Below are positions 37,301 to 51,309 of a stretch of DNA of 64,000 nucleotides, one piece after another; the first letter of the stretch is position 1; each line of letters starts with the position of its first letter. The DNA is from Utricularia gibba. Taxonomy: Eukaryota; Plantae; Magnoliophyta. Both the position numbers and the translations under genes were made by a program. The stretch spans positions 1,364,001 through 1,428,000 of the forward strand of contig NEEC01000012.1 in assembly GCA_002189035.1 (NCBI GenBank). Reading direction: 5' to 3'. Under the pieces are notes generated by a model. That model ran no database searches. It worked only from the letters and a program-made list of their open reading frames with translations, and was not told where the DNA came from.

Positions 37301-40300
37301 AAATTGGTTTCATTGCCTATTATAAACAATAGATCAGGAGAAGGATCTCATGCTCCAAGTTTAGATTATGGATATTCATCTCAAGTATTTCACTCATCCA
37401 CCTCAGTTGATGAAGATTGTCAACGTCAATGAAAGAATCAAAAACTTACAAACCAAAAAATATTAGAAGAGTTATGAAATATGCAAGATAAGGATGAGGT
37501 AGTTAATACAATTGCAAGAGCTTTCTATGCTGATAGTATTCCATTCAAATTTGCACGTTATACTTATTTTATTGAAGCAATATCTTTACTTGGTTCTGAA
37601 AAAACTACTAGCTAACTAATTCCTATTCTTTTTTTACATACATCATTGTATATTTCACATTACAGATTTTTTGGACCCCATGTATTATTCATACACTAAA
37701 TCTTGTTATGAAAGATATATTTGCTTCCTCATCAGCTATATGGGTCAAAGACATTGTTGATGAAGTATCCACAATTAGGAACTTTATTATTAACTATACA
37801 AGAAGGTTAGCTATTTTCAGGAAATACTCAACTATATCATTTTTGAAGGTTGCTGAAACTAGATTTGCATCTTATGTGATTGTATTATCTCGATTTAAAC
37901 TTCTTACATCTTATGTGATTGTTAGTGATGAATGGAATTCATGTGATGATAGAGAAAAGAAGAAAGCTGATTTAGTTAAACAAAGAATATTAGATCATCG
38001 TTTATGGACTTCTATTGATTATATTTTTAGAGTTTCAGAGCCTATTGTGGAATATATTAGATTATGTGATACAGATCAACCCACTCTTCATTTGATTTAT
38101 AAACAATGGGATACTATGTTGATGAAGGTGAAGCAAGCTATATATTCTTTTGATAATGCGGATGAGTACCATTTAATGTTTTGGATTGATGTTGAAAAAA
38201 TCATACATGAAAGATGCACACAAAGTCTTACTCTTTTGCATGCTATCGCCTATTGTTTGAATGCGAGATTAGCTTTTATTTTAATTTCATTGAACTACTA
38301 CTTTCATTTATGAATCAAATGATGTTGCATATAATTTTTATAATAAATATTTTATAGGTGTGTTACTAAAGAATGGAGATATCAACATCCAAACTTGCTT
38401 CCTATAGAATGTGATTTGGTCATTTCAAAGTTGAAAGATGAGTTCCTCAACCGATATTTTTCTGATCCTATCCAAAAAAGAGAAGTGAAAGAAGAATTGA
38501 CAAATTTTTTGAGGTGTTTCACATCAGTTTGGTGAACATGAATCTTTGACAGATAGACTACATATGAAGCCAACATCATGGTGGTATTCTTATGGTGCTC
38601 AAACACATCTTTTATATCTAGCAAAAATAGTTTTTAGTCAACCTTCTTCTTCTTCTTCAAGTGAAGGGAATTAGAGTACTTACTCATTCATCCATTCAAA
38701 GCAAAGAAACAAGTTAACCCCAAAAAGGGCGGAGGATTTAGTTTTTGTGCATAGTAATCTTCGATTTCTTTCAAGGAAGACATCAAAGTATCAAGAGGGT
38801 GTTTCAAAGATGTGGGATGTTAACCATTCGGGATCTTTGGCAAATACAACTATCTTGGAATTCGCCAAGCTATCTATTAATGATCTAGAATTTGAGAGTA
38901 TCATATTTAGTAATGAAGATGATGATGAAAGTGAAGTTCTACAAAAGTTTGATGATTGATGAAAATTGCAATGCTTTAGTTTATTAAATATTAGATTATA
39001 GGATATTCTAATACTTGTTATTTTGATATTGATACTTGATTCATCTTAATATTTTCTTCCAATATTAAATCTAATTTTCACTAGGATGAGATATATGGTT
39101 TTTCTATTAGATAAATGAAAGATTTGTATTTAAAAATATTATTTATAACTAGTAAATAATATATTATTTATTTATGTATGTAAATTATAAATATAATATA
39201 TATTAATTTTTATTTTTTCTGAATCCTATACAAATTCTTTTAGATTAGATGAATCCCCGTATCTGAATCCACAAATCATTGGATACCCGAATCCGAATCC
39301 TAGTCTCCTAGCATCACACTAGCTGTGTATACACGTCGAAAAAAAATGGCTGATATGCAAGGGCTTCAATGCATAAATCAAACATTATCCAATTATGGGA
39401 AGAATGCTTGACTGTGATGTACATCATAAAAAAGTTTTCAAAGACCACTTTGTTTGGCAAGACACTTTTAGAGTGCTTGTTCAAAAAACAATCAAGCTTA
39501 TCCAAAATAAAGATCTTCGACTGCTTGTGTTTTTATATAGAGCCCTTGAAAAACCAAGATAACTTTGATACAAAAGGGAAAAAAAAGGAGTATTTATAGG
39601 ATATGCACCTAGGAAAAAAGAGTACAAAATTTTTAATCCAAATGACAATCTATGTTGATGTCTAGAGATATAATATTCTATGAAGATTGATTCCCCTACA
39701 AAGCTGATAATACAACAAGTTAAGGTTTTAATATGATGCTATTATTGGATACTTAATTGTTTCAAGAAATTTTCCAACATCATTCTAATGCAGAATCAGA
39801 ATACTTATTTGAATTATCTCAACCAATATTAGATGATGTAGAGGCACAACACAACAATTCAAATAATCAAAATAAAATAATTGATTCACCTTTGGAAGAG
39901 CTAGTTGTATAAAGAAGTCACAGATAAATTACACAACCTCATTGGATGTAGGATTACATATGTACAATAGATGATTGGAATTCTATAGAACAAGAACCCA
40001 ATAACTTTGAAGAGGCAGTAGAAGATCCATGATGATAATCTGTTATGAAAGTCGAAGAGAAGGCTTTGAAAGATAAATAGACTTGTATTTTGATGGATCT
40101 CCTTCCAAATCAAAACCTAGTTGGGAGCAATTGGATTTATAAGCATAAATTAAATCCAAATGACACATTTGAAAGGAGAAAGGCAAGATTGGTAGCACAA
40201 GAATATTCCCAAAAAAGAGGACAAGATTTTGAAAGAAAGTTTATCACATGTTACTAAATCCACTAGTGTCAAGCTAATACTGACATTGGCTATAGCACAT

Positions 40301-41470
40301 AACTAACCTTTACATTAGGCAATGTATTTTTCATGGTAAGTTAAAAGAAGAGGTTTATACGAAGCCTCCACCAAGTTATTTTGTGGGTAAAAAGGTTTGT
40401 AAGTTTTTAAAACTAAATTATGAGCCAAAACAAGTTTTGAGGGAATGGAACAAGAAGCTTACCTCAAAGTTGGAGATTATCGGTTTCTTTCAAAACCAAC
40501 ATGATCCTTGTATGTTTTACAAGAGGACTAGTTAGCACATCTTTGTTCTACTAGTATATTTGGATGATATAATTCGAGATTCAATTAAAGAAATACAAAC
40601 AATAAAGACTCTCTTTCATGATTGGTTCATAATCAAAGACTTGGGAGAAGTTATATACTATCTCGGGCTATAGATTTGTAATAATAAAAAGGAAATTTTT
40701 ATTACTCAAAAGGGTTATATAGCAGCTATCATTAGGGATTTGAACTTCCCGAAAATGATGAGCACCCAATTCCACTATCAAAGTAGTTCAAATTTCTAGA
40801 GAATCCAAGAAAAGAGATTGTTTCACCATTACGATATCGAAGGCTAGTGGGCATCTCTTTTAGGCTTTTCCCAACCTAATCCATCGTATTATGTATAAAC
40901 ATTTAATTAATACATAGAACAACTATGCAAAGAACACTGACGGCCAATGATTCAACAAGTGAAATACTTGAGAAAAACACTTGACAAGAGATTGTTATAT
41001 CCATGAGAAAAGGAACAAAATCACTGAATGCATTATGGGACTTCAATTGGTTGGCATGTCCATTACTCAAAGATCCTTGATAGGATATGCCATATTTTTT
41101 GGATCTATCTTGATGTCTTGGAAAATGAAGAAGAAAGTTATAGTTTCAAGGTCATCATCAAAGGTGGAGTACAGAACCACTACAACCATGATGTCCAAAT
41201 TGAAGTGGATAACTTGCTGCAAGAAATCGAATATCCCAATAATGGAGTAATTCCTTTGTATTGAGACAACAAGGCTGCAATTCAAATAACGGAAAACTCG
41301 GTTTTCCACTAATGAACAAAGCACATCATGATTGACTATCATATCATGAGAGAGTGCTTCAAGAACGGTCACTTAAACTACCAACAAAATTACAAGTTGT
41401 CGATTCATTCACCAAGCTGTTGGGAGAGATGGAATATGAATAGTTTCTCCAGAAATTAGGGTTGGTTCAC
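34316..41470 (+). mobile_element. Degraded Ty1/copia element carrying a nested hAT
   Basis: LTR TGTTA..TTATCA (34316-34585); PBS TGGTATTAGAGC at 34586; gag WCKTIQIAL*AKKKMALIDG; integrase IAVDDMGRVTYTCLLQYKSE, resuming after 39311; RT FERRKARLV and MFVLLVYLDDI; RNase H near 41.0-41.4 kb; many stops. Confidence 0.85.
36485..39310 (+). mobile_element. hAT-superfamily DNA transposon with decayed transposase
   Basis: BED finger (LWKF..CNYC..SYFRVRAHL); KVAETRFAS core; dimerisation region RNKLTPKRAEDLVFVHSNLRFL. It is flanked by the direct repeat GCATCACAC (36476-36484 and 39311-39319) and has GAATCC/GGATTC subterminal motifs. Confidence 0.88.
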
Positions 41471-42346
41471 CAAACAATTTGGTATAGATAGTAATTAGCT
41501 GTTTTTCATTATGGTAAAACTGATTTCAATGCACCCCACCACTCAACCGCCGCTACCACGACACCGCCAACGATTGTCCCACCGCTATGCCCCTTGCGCA
41601 CAATGCGTAATGTGTATGCACACTATGACAGGCAAATTGTAGGGTATTTATTGCATGCCAAAGCACGAGTTCGGTGGCAGCGAGCAATGGGAAGCATGCG
41701 ACAGTCAATAGTCGACGCATGGAAGAGATACTATTGAAGATAGAAATTAATATTTCATATATTTTACCTTAATAGAAAGTACTAGAGATATATGATATTA
41801 ATTTAATTTTATTTAGTAATAAATGTTAAATATATATACTTTTCAAATAGTAGAAACGACTTATGTTAAATATGTAATTAATATTAATAAAAAATGCTTA
41901 AAATGGAAAATATTAAAAACTAATTTCACCCTTTACCAAAACTTTTAAGGATTATACATGCCTCATAATATCAGTTTTGTTAGAAGAATGATTAAATACA
42001 TTATTTTAACTATATTGTAGAAACTAAACGCATTATTTTGATAAATTATAGAGATTTTTAATATCAAAAGTTCAAATTATAAATAATAACATTGATTATA
42101 CAATTAAAAATATTAAAAAATGACAGCATATGCAAATAAAATATAAAATTATAATAACATTGGACTGGAAATGATATAATTTGATGTTCACCCCACTTTC
42201 ATCTTTTAATTTGAAATTACTAAAACAATAACAAACATAATGAAGAAGACGGCATCCCGGTCAACATGATTTGCTTTACTGATTGATGTACATACATGAT
42301 ACATTAATTCTGATGTAAATTATGATGAATTAAACCCCTTTCAAAG

Positions 42347-45300
42347 TCACCTGCATTCCTTGAGAAGATACGAGGGAACACTGCTGCTTGGTTTCGCAGA
42401 TTTGCTTTCTGGTGATCCCCATGCACTGAAATCAAGTGCCCGCCGCTCCACCTGCGCAGTCCGACCACCAAAATGGATCACATTCTCAATCTTAATCCAA
42501 AGCATGGAGATGGATGGTAACACAACACATATTTACATCATCCTTGACGCAGACATGGGACATTGAAGGTTCATCCAATCAAGAGAAGCGCTAGTGAAAA
42601 TTCATACCGTGAACTTTGAAGATGGCTGGCAAGCTATCTGTTCATTGTTGGGTTCTGTGCGTGAAAGGGTAATGCCTTTTGCTTTCGCAATGGTGTCCGG
42701 AGTCTCATCTCCCAAAACTTCCTTAGCATCGGCAAAAGTCTCAGCAGTATGCTCCCCTAATTGCTTCATCAGCCCAATTGCATCGTAAGTGCACTCCCCA
42801 GGCAGAAAATAGCCCATGTCCTATAAGATATCTCTTTATATCACGAGGAGGAAAGAGTGGGGAGCATGAAACTGTATATGGGTACATGTTTCTGCAGACC
42901 TCAAGTGTTAACTCTGTATCAACTGTAGGCCCAGGAACGAAGGTTTTAAGAAACCAAGGGATTTCCAAGCAGAAGGGGATTCCATAATCCTCTTTAGTGG
43001 AGTTTCTATGTACCTGTTTCACACAAGGAGAAAGAAATATAAAAAGAGAAAAATTGAGGACGGGGGTGAGCTGGATGAATGTAACTGCAATCATTCTTAC
43101 ATGCCGCTGCATTCAGGGACTGCACCTTTGCATGTGGTTTCAGCTTTTTCTCCGGGCTCAGAGAACAAGTTAGCACTACGCTTCTTTGCACTAAACGGAG
43201 GTGAACAGATTACCGACAAACATGAATTCTCAGAGGAAGAAAAAATAACATGCTTTGAGATAAAATCTAGCTTCCGATAAGTCTGATCGAGCGAGGAGAT
43301 CAGGAGGTCATTTGCATCATGTTCAGTAAGAACCCCGGCCAAATCTTTTACCTGCACAAGGATTTGAGGTATATCAAAATGTTGAAAATTCATTAACTTC
43401 ATGTTTATGGAACAAAATCAACCAAAGCAGCCAGAAGGCAGTTGTTGTAGCGATGAGTTTATATCATCTGGTTATTAGACGCTGAGTGTGTTTGACTGCA
43501 GCAGTGGGGACAAAAAAAAATAAAGAAAACAAAGAACTCACTGTTGTGACTGCATTTCTCACGTCCATGACAGATCTGTTATCAGTTGTCCTATCCAAGA
43601 GTTCACTGCTCTTGAACTCTTTCAGGGACACATCACATTCTGAAATGACAAGGCTTTTGCTGCTCTCTATCTGGGGACCGGTGGGAACCACATTTTTGTT
43701 TTCAGAACACGAGACCTTCAAGTTTTCTTTGTTTGAGGATACTGACTTGCATGCACATTCATCAAGCATCACATCTAACCTGGAAAATGCACCAGACAAA
43801 CTAGATAATGTGTCTTGCCTTGAATTTCTTTCGATCTTCTTTTCGGTCCTCCTTTCTGACAACGGGGAAAGAAAATCACGATGTCTTTTCTTAAGTATTG
43901 ATGGTGTGCTGGAAAAGGTTTTGGCCGCACTTCTCAAAACTTTTTCAGGGGTATCATCCCTAGATGGTGAATCCCATAACTTTATTGGCACCAGAGAGGA
44001 CATCATCATCAGCTGACGAATGCCGAAGGGGCTGAACTCTTGTTGCAAGTCATTTCCAGATTGTACAAGGTCACAACTGAAGAATGGCATGTCAAAGCTC
44101 GGGAAATGAGGAGGTTCGTAGCATAAAGTTCCAGCATCTTTTTCATCTCTTTTACTTTCTGTTGTTTCCTTGGATAGGGAACATGGAGAGTCTTTTGGAG
44201 GTTCCAAGACAATCTCATCAGGGAAAATCGGTCCAGGCGAATCATTTTTCTCATAGCATTCCTCCACAGGGAGAGAGGATTCAGACTCCTTTGAGTAAAT
44301 AAAGCCATCAGGTGTACCAGGTAGCATGGGTGAAAGGCATGAAGGAAAGGACAGGGACCGTGACAGTGTCTTTTCCAACATATCAGACGGCATGTAATGA
44401 AACCCAGAAGAATACGCCTCATGGATATCCGTGACTGAAGGGTTATTAGTTTCAGAGGGACAAGATACATTAGGGTCAGCCTCAGTGTCATCCATAACCG
44501 TTTCTGAGTTAGCTACCAAAGCTGGCACTTCAACACCCATAAGCATGTCAACAAAGGATGCCGAAGAATTCAAACCATCTGAAGAATCTACAGAGAAGGG
44601 CAACATCGCTTCATGATTATTTGGCCCCACCTGCCAATCTTTACTAGAAGAAGTCTCCACACATAAGGACAAATCATGCTCTGGAAACTTGTTGCCCATT
44701 TTGCTATGCTCTTCTGGTAGGTTAAATGTGGGTTCTTCAAATTCGGGAAAATAGACATCATGAGTTAGTATAGGACTTGAATTTCCAGTCACTCTGCAAT
44801 CTTCTCCAGGATGTGTGGTGGCATAGCTTGTAGATTGAGATGCACAAGAAAAACCTGAAATTTGACTGCATTCTTCCTCCAATTCTATTTTGACAAAGCT
44901 ATCAGCGTCACAACTTTGCAGTAATTTTGATGGAGAGGAAGCCACTGACTGATCTTGATGGCTCACGAGCGGAAAGCCTTCAAACTGAGAAAGTAATCCA
45001 GATGCTATGTATATGTCGAGCTTTTTTTTGACTGAACTGTTCCAGTGATTTTTTATAGCATTGTCACTTCTGAGGACAAAAAAGGAAGTGGAATGGGAGC
45101 AAATAAGCAGCGGCAAGAAGAAAGGACAGGTTTGTGAAACATATATACTTGACCTTAGTCTATAATAAGAAAATACCTCCCAGGCAAGAACTTGGACAAC
45201 TCTGCCCACTTGTTGCCATACAATTGGTGGGCACGAATCAATGTCAACTCCTCATCTTGAGTCCAAGCTTCCTTATTAATATTGGGATTATGATGATTAT

Positions 45301-46865
45301 GCCACCTGAAAAGTGATCACCATTTTGGGAACAGACTATCACAACAAAAAAACTAAGGAATTTCAGCGGAATTTTGTATGAAAATAATAGTAAATCTTCC
45401 ATCAATAAAAATCATAAGACGAACACTACAAAACGGAAATTTTATGTAAATTAGACTACCTCTCACGGCACTGCTTTCCTATACGCCCTGGAAGATGCTG
45501 TGCGATGGTAGACCACTTCCTTGCCCCATGCTTCGTTACCAAGGCAACTATGATTTCATCCTCCTAATCAACATTCGTGAAGTGAGGCATACTTTTTAAA
45601 AGCATACTTTGAAAAAAAAAAAAAACTGCTGAAAAGAAAAATTCCTTTACCTCTTGGGTCCAGGGACCTTTAACAAGCTCGGGGTTAAGAACCTTCTGCC
45701 ACCTATGCAAACATTGCACATCTGTTCGACCCTTGATGCATTCCGCTAAACAGAACAGCATAAAACAAAAATTCAAATTAAACTGGATGAATCCCCCCCC
45801 CCCCCTCAAATGATTAGTATCTCACACTCATTAACAGTCATTAAACACTTGATACGCAATGTGAAGATTCATGTTATACTACGAGGCGAATCAAGGAAAG
45901 CTGGCATTGGCATTAGGCTAGTCGTAAATATACATTAACATTTAATACAACGCGGCGGCCTTCAAACCCTTCCAGCCAAACAAGTGAATATACAATTTTT
46001 TACCTATCTTTTTCCAATTCTTTCCTTGGAAGCGCTGAACAGCCACTCGTAAGATCTCATCCTGCAGCAATAGAGAGCTTATTTAGTCATCCCATCCCAC
46101 CCACCCAAGAGATGATGCAATGAGCCTTCACATGCAATGACATGACAATAGATAATGGTCACACCATGTATCAGGTTTAATAAAAAGAAAGATTAATCCA
46201 CTAAAGAAACGGCATCTTCTTACGCAACGTTCAGAGGATATCTAAATCTGTTATTTTTAAATCACCGTGTAATGCGCACATCAAAACCCAGATTGGATCA
46301 GACAAGAGATAACCAAAGCAAGTCATTCTCCATTTCTGCTGAAATTTGGGGGCATTATACTGCTACTAAAATTTGAACAGCACCCTTCAGCATATCTTTT
46401 AGGTGACAGTGCATGGTGATCACAAGAAAATTAACTTCAAAGTGAATAAAAATAAGAAAAAGTAACAAACTGAAGAAAATACACCCACCTCTTGAGGAGT
46501 CCATTTTCCTCGTGTGGACTTTCTAGTAGGGCCACTTGTTCTCCTGGATGCACATAAAAGAAGAAAAAGGAATCATATTATATGGTTATTCCCTCAAATT
46601 CTTGTGAAGTAAATATCTACAAAGCATCTAAAAACTACAACCAATTAAAAAAAAAAGAAATGCAAATATGCAACAAGCTGGAATCTTTTGAGCTTTTTAC
46701 AGAGAAAATATTGACAATCCAAAAAGTTCAAAAAAAAAAAAAAATTACCCAGGGGCTCATCATGCCCTCTGTCTTTAAAGATTACCCGAGGGGAGGCCGA
46801 GATCTTTGCGAACCGTTTCTAGCATCATCAGTTGTGATCTTGCTCCTTTTTCTATCACTTCCCAT
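42347..46865 (-). CDS. MYB3R: Activator-type (A-type) R1R2R3-MYB transcription factor; 11 exons; apparent 1-bp frameshift in exon 9
   Basis: Exons 46865-46786, 46543-46489, 46061-46004, 45745-45651, 45563-45460, 45305-45177, 45069-43542, 43351-43101, 43013-42900, 42820-42608, 42451-42347, all GT-AG. Three Myb repeats; A-type motifs LCYEPP..FFSCDL..SPFGIRQLMM, SAAKTF..TPSILKKRHR, YDAIGLMKQL and SYLLKECR*. Confidence 0.95.
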
Positions 46866-48244
46866 AATTAATTAAGAAAGGAGAAAAGAAACTGATGCTG
46901 ACACCCCGAGCAAGTTCCTCAATATGCCTTCTGATAATCATTCTATAATGCCTTAGCACAATTGCGGCTGCCGGCCTGGGGGTGAGATAAAAAAAAACTC
47001 AGAAAACAGGTTTTACCATGAAAGGAGGTCCCCAGGCATCAGACATGGAAACATATTTATCATAGAGCATGCGCCACCCTACCTGGTTAATCATACTTCA
47101 GAAAGTCAGGATCTCTCAATGATTCATTAAAGAACCAAAGTCATTAGTGGCACAAGCTCCTCCTAGCACTGTTTTTATCTCCCCTCCGGCTAAGATTTGT
47201 TAAGAGCATACCTGGGAAATGCATAAAATCCCAATTAAAAAAAAAAACAACGTATAGCTTCATAACAAGTCAACATTTCGATATGAACAATTTGACAGAC
47301 GGTAATATCAAACAAAGAGTACTCAGTGACATAGCAATGACGGATATATACCGGATGAAGTAATTTTTCAAATAAAAGTTGTAATAACTAGCAAATAAGC
47401 TGATCGACTGTCTCACAAAATCCTAAAACTTGCACAGCTCAACAGCTATTTGAAACATCCTACCGTGTGAACTGTCAAGATGTAGGGGTAATTTCAATTA
47501 GGGTTTCCAAAAACAATCAAAGAACAATAACAGCAAAACCCTACGTCTGGAAACTAAAACAAGGTAGAACAATAATAATTACAACACAAATCATACAAAC
47601 CAACTTCGCACAGACGCTCACGAAACATGTTTTGAATCATTCCCTTAGAAACCAAAACTCCTCCGAAAAATAAAGTAAAAGAGCTACCATTCGACGCTTC
47701 AAACCAAAAAGTACCTCACAGAAACTGTAAATCCAACGCCAGAACGATTCCGATCATTCGATTAGCAAATGAAGAATTCTACGCACGTCATACGGGCGCA
47801 CGATATCTACTGCCCTTCGAGAGGCAACAGATCTGCTAGTACGATCAACGGGGCTCGAAATCCATAGAGAATTCAGTGAGAGTTGAGACGTGAAGTGCGA
47901 GAAGGTAACGAAGATTTCAAACCATGGAAGGGGGGACGAACGTTAAAATAAAGCTTCGTAGATTAAATTGACGGTTGAGATATCGCCCCCTCCTGATCCA
48001 ATGGCCAGAATATCTTCTACATTATAATATCGAAATAAAATTATAAATTTAATATTAATTTCGCAATGTAACCAAATATGCTGTTGTTTGGAAAGCCAAT
48101 ACAGAAACAATGAAACTTCATAACGAGAACATGGAAAAAACAGTTCAGGTGTCTGCTGAACTGGGAACTTCAAGGGGTAGAACACTGCATAAAGAAAGGG
48201 TACTACAGATTATATGACAACCATATTTCAGCATAGCTTCATTG

Positions 48245-50818
48245 TCATGCTCCTTGATTCAGATGCTGCGACTGTAGGAGCAGCCTGAGGCTCTTGTATG
48301 AATCAAAACAAGCATGAGAGTAATCGGAGAGTGCCCGGAATAGCTCCGGTAGCCGGATTTTTAAGCTTGCTAGAGACTTCTCCCTGACCTGAAGGCAATG
48401 CTTGCTGTGATTCTCTGTTTCTTCATCCAGCCTCTTTTTTAAGCTTTCCAAAGCCATCTGCCTATCCACGATAGGGTCTTTGGAGCCTGTATCCACAGCT
48501 CTATCTGGATTGTTTTCATCAGGTGGTGGATACTTCATCATCTGCTTCTGGTACCAGTCTTCATATGCCTGTTTCTTGCGTATGTACTCCTTCCTGGTAT
48601 TCTCATACCTCTCCTTCAGCTTCATTTCCTCCTCTTGATGAATGAATATCGACTTCACAACTTCTGCAAAAGAAATGATGGCACTCTTGGCCACCTCATC
48701 GGGAGCTTCTCAAGATGGTCGTGCCATGCTCGCAGCAATGGCAGGATTGGTGGCGTTGGGTTTCTCTGGGGTGAAGACAGCTTCTCTTTCAGTGTACTCT
48801 CGATCGGGACGAGGTTCAGCTTCAGCCAGTTGTTGAGGATGTTGATGTACTGCCTTTGGTTCGCCACAAGCTTTTCGAACTGAGAGTGCCACTTTTCAAC
48901 TGCTGCTGAAAGCTGCTTCGTCCGCTCATGGTGTTCTTTCGTCGTCTCGATGAGAACTGCAGGACCGTGTATAACTTTAAGGTCTGAGACGATCTTCAAC
49001 TGGTTATCGTTGTGCTCGCACATGGATTCCCACATCTTCGTCATCCTTCAAGATTCAGAAAACTGATTCAAATAGGAACCAGAAAACAATCATCCCAACA
49101 GACAGCAAACAAGTTTCCAGTATCAGGATGAACATGGGAGGAACTCACCCTTGAACAAGGGACACAAGTTTGGGATAAAGCTGCTTGTCCCGTATATCAG
49201 TCACTTCAGACATTGTTGAATCCAGCGACTGCATGTCGACTATATATCGCGTATGTAAGTGGCTTACAGCGGCTTTTGCTTTCTCCACTTGCTCTGGACT
49301 AGCATTGCGATTTTTCAATTTGTTTAATGCAGCAACTTTCCGCTGATACTCAAGCTTGATTAGCTCAGCAGACTGTCAAACATTGAAGAAGCAATCTCTA
49401 TGAGGAAAACACCAAATGCAAGGTTTAAAGCCAGTGTAAAGCATCATCACCTTTACTTCTTCATATAGCTTCTTCTCCCATGCCAGCAACTTATCTAATA
49501 CAGTGGCATGCGTCTCACTGTCATCTGCCTCAACATTGTCCGTAGCCACTTCTGCATTTGGACCACCTCTGAAAGATTTGTTCCAAGTGATAACTTGCAT
49601 GACCCGTTGTGCATGGTCAATGTGTCCTGAAAAGATGAAGCATCACCATGATCTCTGCTATCATAGTTGCAAAAAAGAAAGAGAAAATGGAAGGAGGGCC
49701 AAAATTTCTGGATCATATGCATGTAAATCTGGAAGTTTCAGCAACAAGAAGCATTTAAATTGTTGACAGCCTTTAAGAAATACTATAAAATCAGATAGAC
49801 AACCTCGATTATCTGCAAAATTCGAATGATAATGCAGTTTGGTAGCTTCAAGCATCTTTGACACCTCCTGTGCACTATCAGAAGCCTTGAGGAACTGATC
49901 ATCAATCTGACTCAAAATTCTCAGCAGCTCACCAGCATTATTCCTTCTCACCACATTTCCATCTGTCATACCAAGTTTACTCACAATAGGTGGTGCTGAA
50001 ATCGCATGCAAAAACTGTTTTTCAGTGGAGACAGTCGCGGATGTGGCTTCTGGTGTCTTAAAATCTTCAATGACCTCTTCATATTTTCCCCGCTTTTCAG
50101 GTGTTGCAAAGTCAGCATTCGCTCCAAAATCTTTAAAATTCGCATTAGCATTTTGATCTTGCTCCTCCAGATAATCCTCCTCCTCTTCTTGAACCTCATC
50201 TCCAGTTCGTTGGGGCATTTCATCAATGAAAAAATAATCCCATGCCAATCCTCTTACTTCTGGTGGAGTAGCGGGATTGGGAGAAGTCTGCTGAGGCGCC
50301 TCCATTGACCCTCTTTCAATTCCCTTCTTTCTCTTGTGCAATCCTCCCTTCTCCTCCTCCTCCTCCTCCTCCTCCTCCTCCTCCTCCTCATCATCATCAT
50401 CATCATACAAATGATTCTCACCAATTTCGCTATCTTTCATGCCTTCCTTCATATTCTCTGAATGCAGCATTGTTGCTGGCATTGTAGTAGCACGTTTCAG
50501 TGGAGGCGGAACTGGAGAAAAGGTCGGAAGGGGTGGAGGAGGAGGGGGAAGGCTTGATTCCACATTAGGTGGTGGAGGTGGCCGTGGCTGCTCAGAAACT
50601 GGCAACTCAGATGGCGCCCCATCCTCCGGATGAGAAGGAACCTCCCCCTGAGCATAATCACTCAAAGCAGCACCAGTCTCCTTAAGAGCCACACTGTACC
50701 CGGAGTGAGCTGCTGCAAAAGCATTCCTCACAGCCACAGCCTCTTTCATAAGATTCCTCCTCTCTTTACATCTAGCCACTGAATCCTCATTATCCACTTT
50801 CGACTGAGCACAACCCAT
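48245..50818 (-). CDS. DUF630/DUF632 domain protein (NRG2/APSR1/REL2-like family); 4 exons; apparent 1-bp frameshift in exon 4
   Basis: [28 protein letters not shown]..(DUF630); proline-rich and acidic linker; DUF632 motifs GHIDH..VITWN and [20 protein letters not shown]. Exons 50818-49804, 49626-49451, 49372-49149, 49045-48245. Confidence 0.93.
50351..50406 (-). repeat. Coding (GAG)13 and (GAT)n microsatellite encoding poly-Glu/Asp
   Basis: [19 protein letters not shown] in exon 1. Confidence 0.95.
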
Positions 50819-51309
50819 ATCAACTTTCTAATCCCTCAATCAATCTGCATTTACATAAACACAGGCAACAAAATAAATCAAAAGATCCCCCGAGACAGAA
50901 CAAAAATCAAAACTTTCTTGTACTTCAATAGCTATAACATATTTACCGATGCCTTTCAGTGTTCACATTTTACAGTTCATACAAGAAACGAAATAGATCC
51001 ATCCATACCAGTAAGCACACCGAAAAACAATGCAGAAATGTTCACGAAAAACATAAGAGGGGGGCTTCATAAGGACAAGAAAAAACATAAATCTTTATAA
51101 AAAAACAGCATTACCCACCTGCATCTATCAGAGATCTCGAGCACTTGAAGATGATACACAGCTACAAAATCCTTGAAATAGCCCACAAGGAGTTCTGATG
51201 CAAAACGAACGACTTTCTTTTCACCTTTTGTGAGAAGGGGTGGACGATAAAAAAGAGAAAAAGGACAAAAAAATTCATTCACTGCAAAGAAAAGCACTGG
51301 AACGCACGC

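Noticed and set aside
43486-44616. Overlapping alternative and antisense ORFs in MYB3R exon 7 (also those over the DUF632, CHY and LUG exons)
   Set aside because: Shadow frames of real coding exons with no recognisable motifs.
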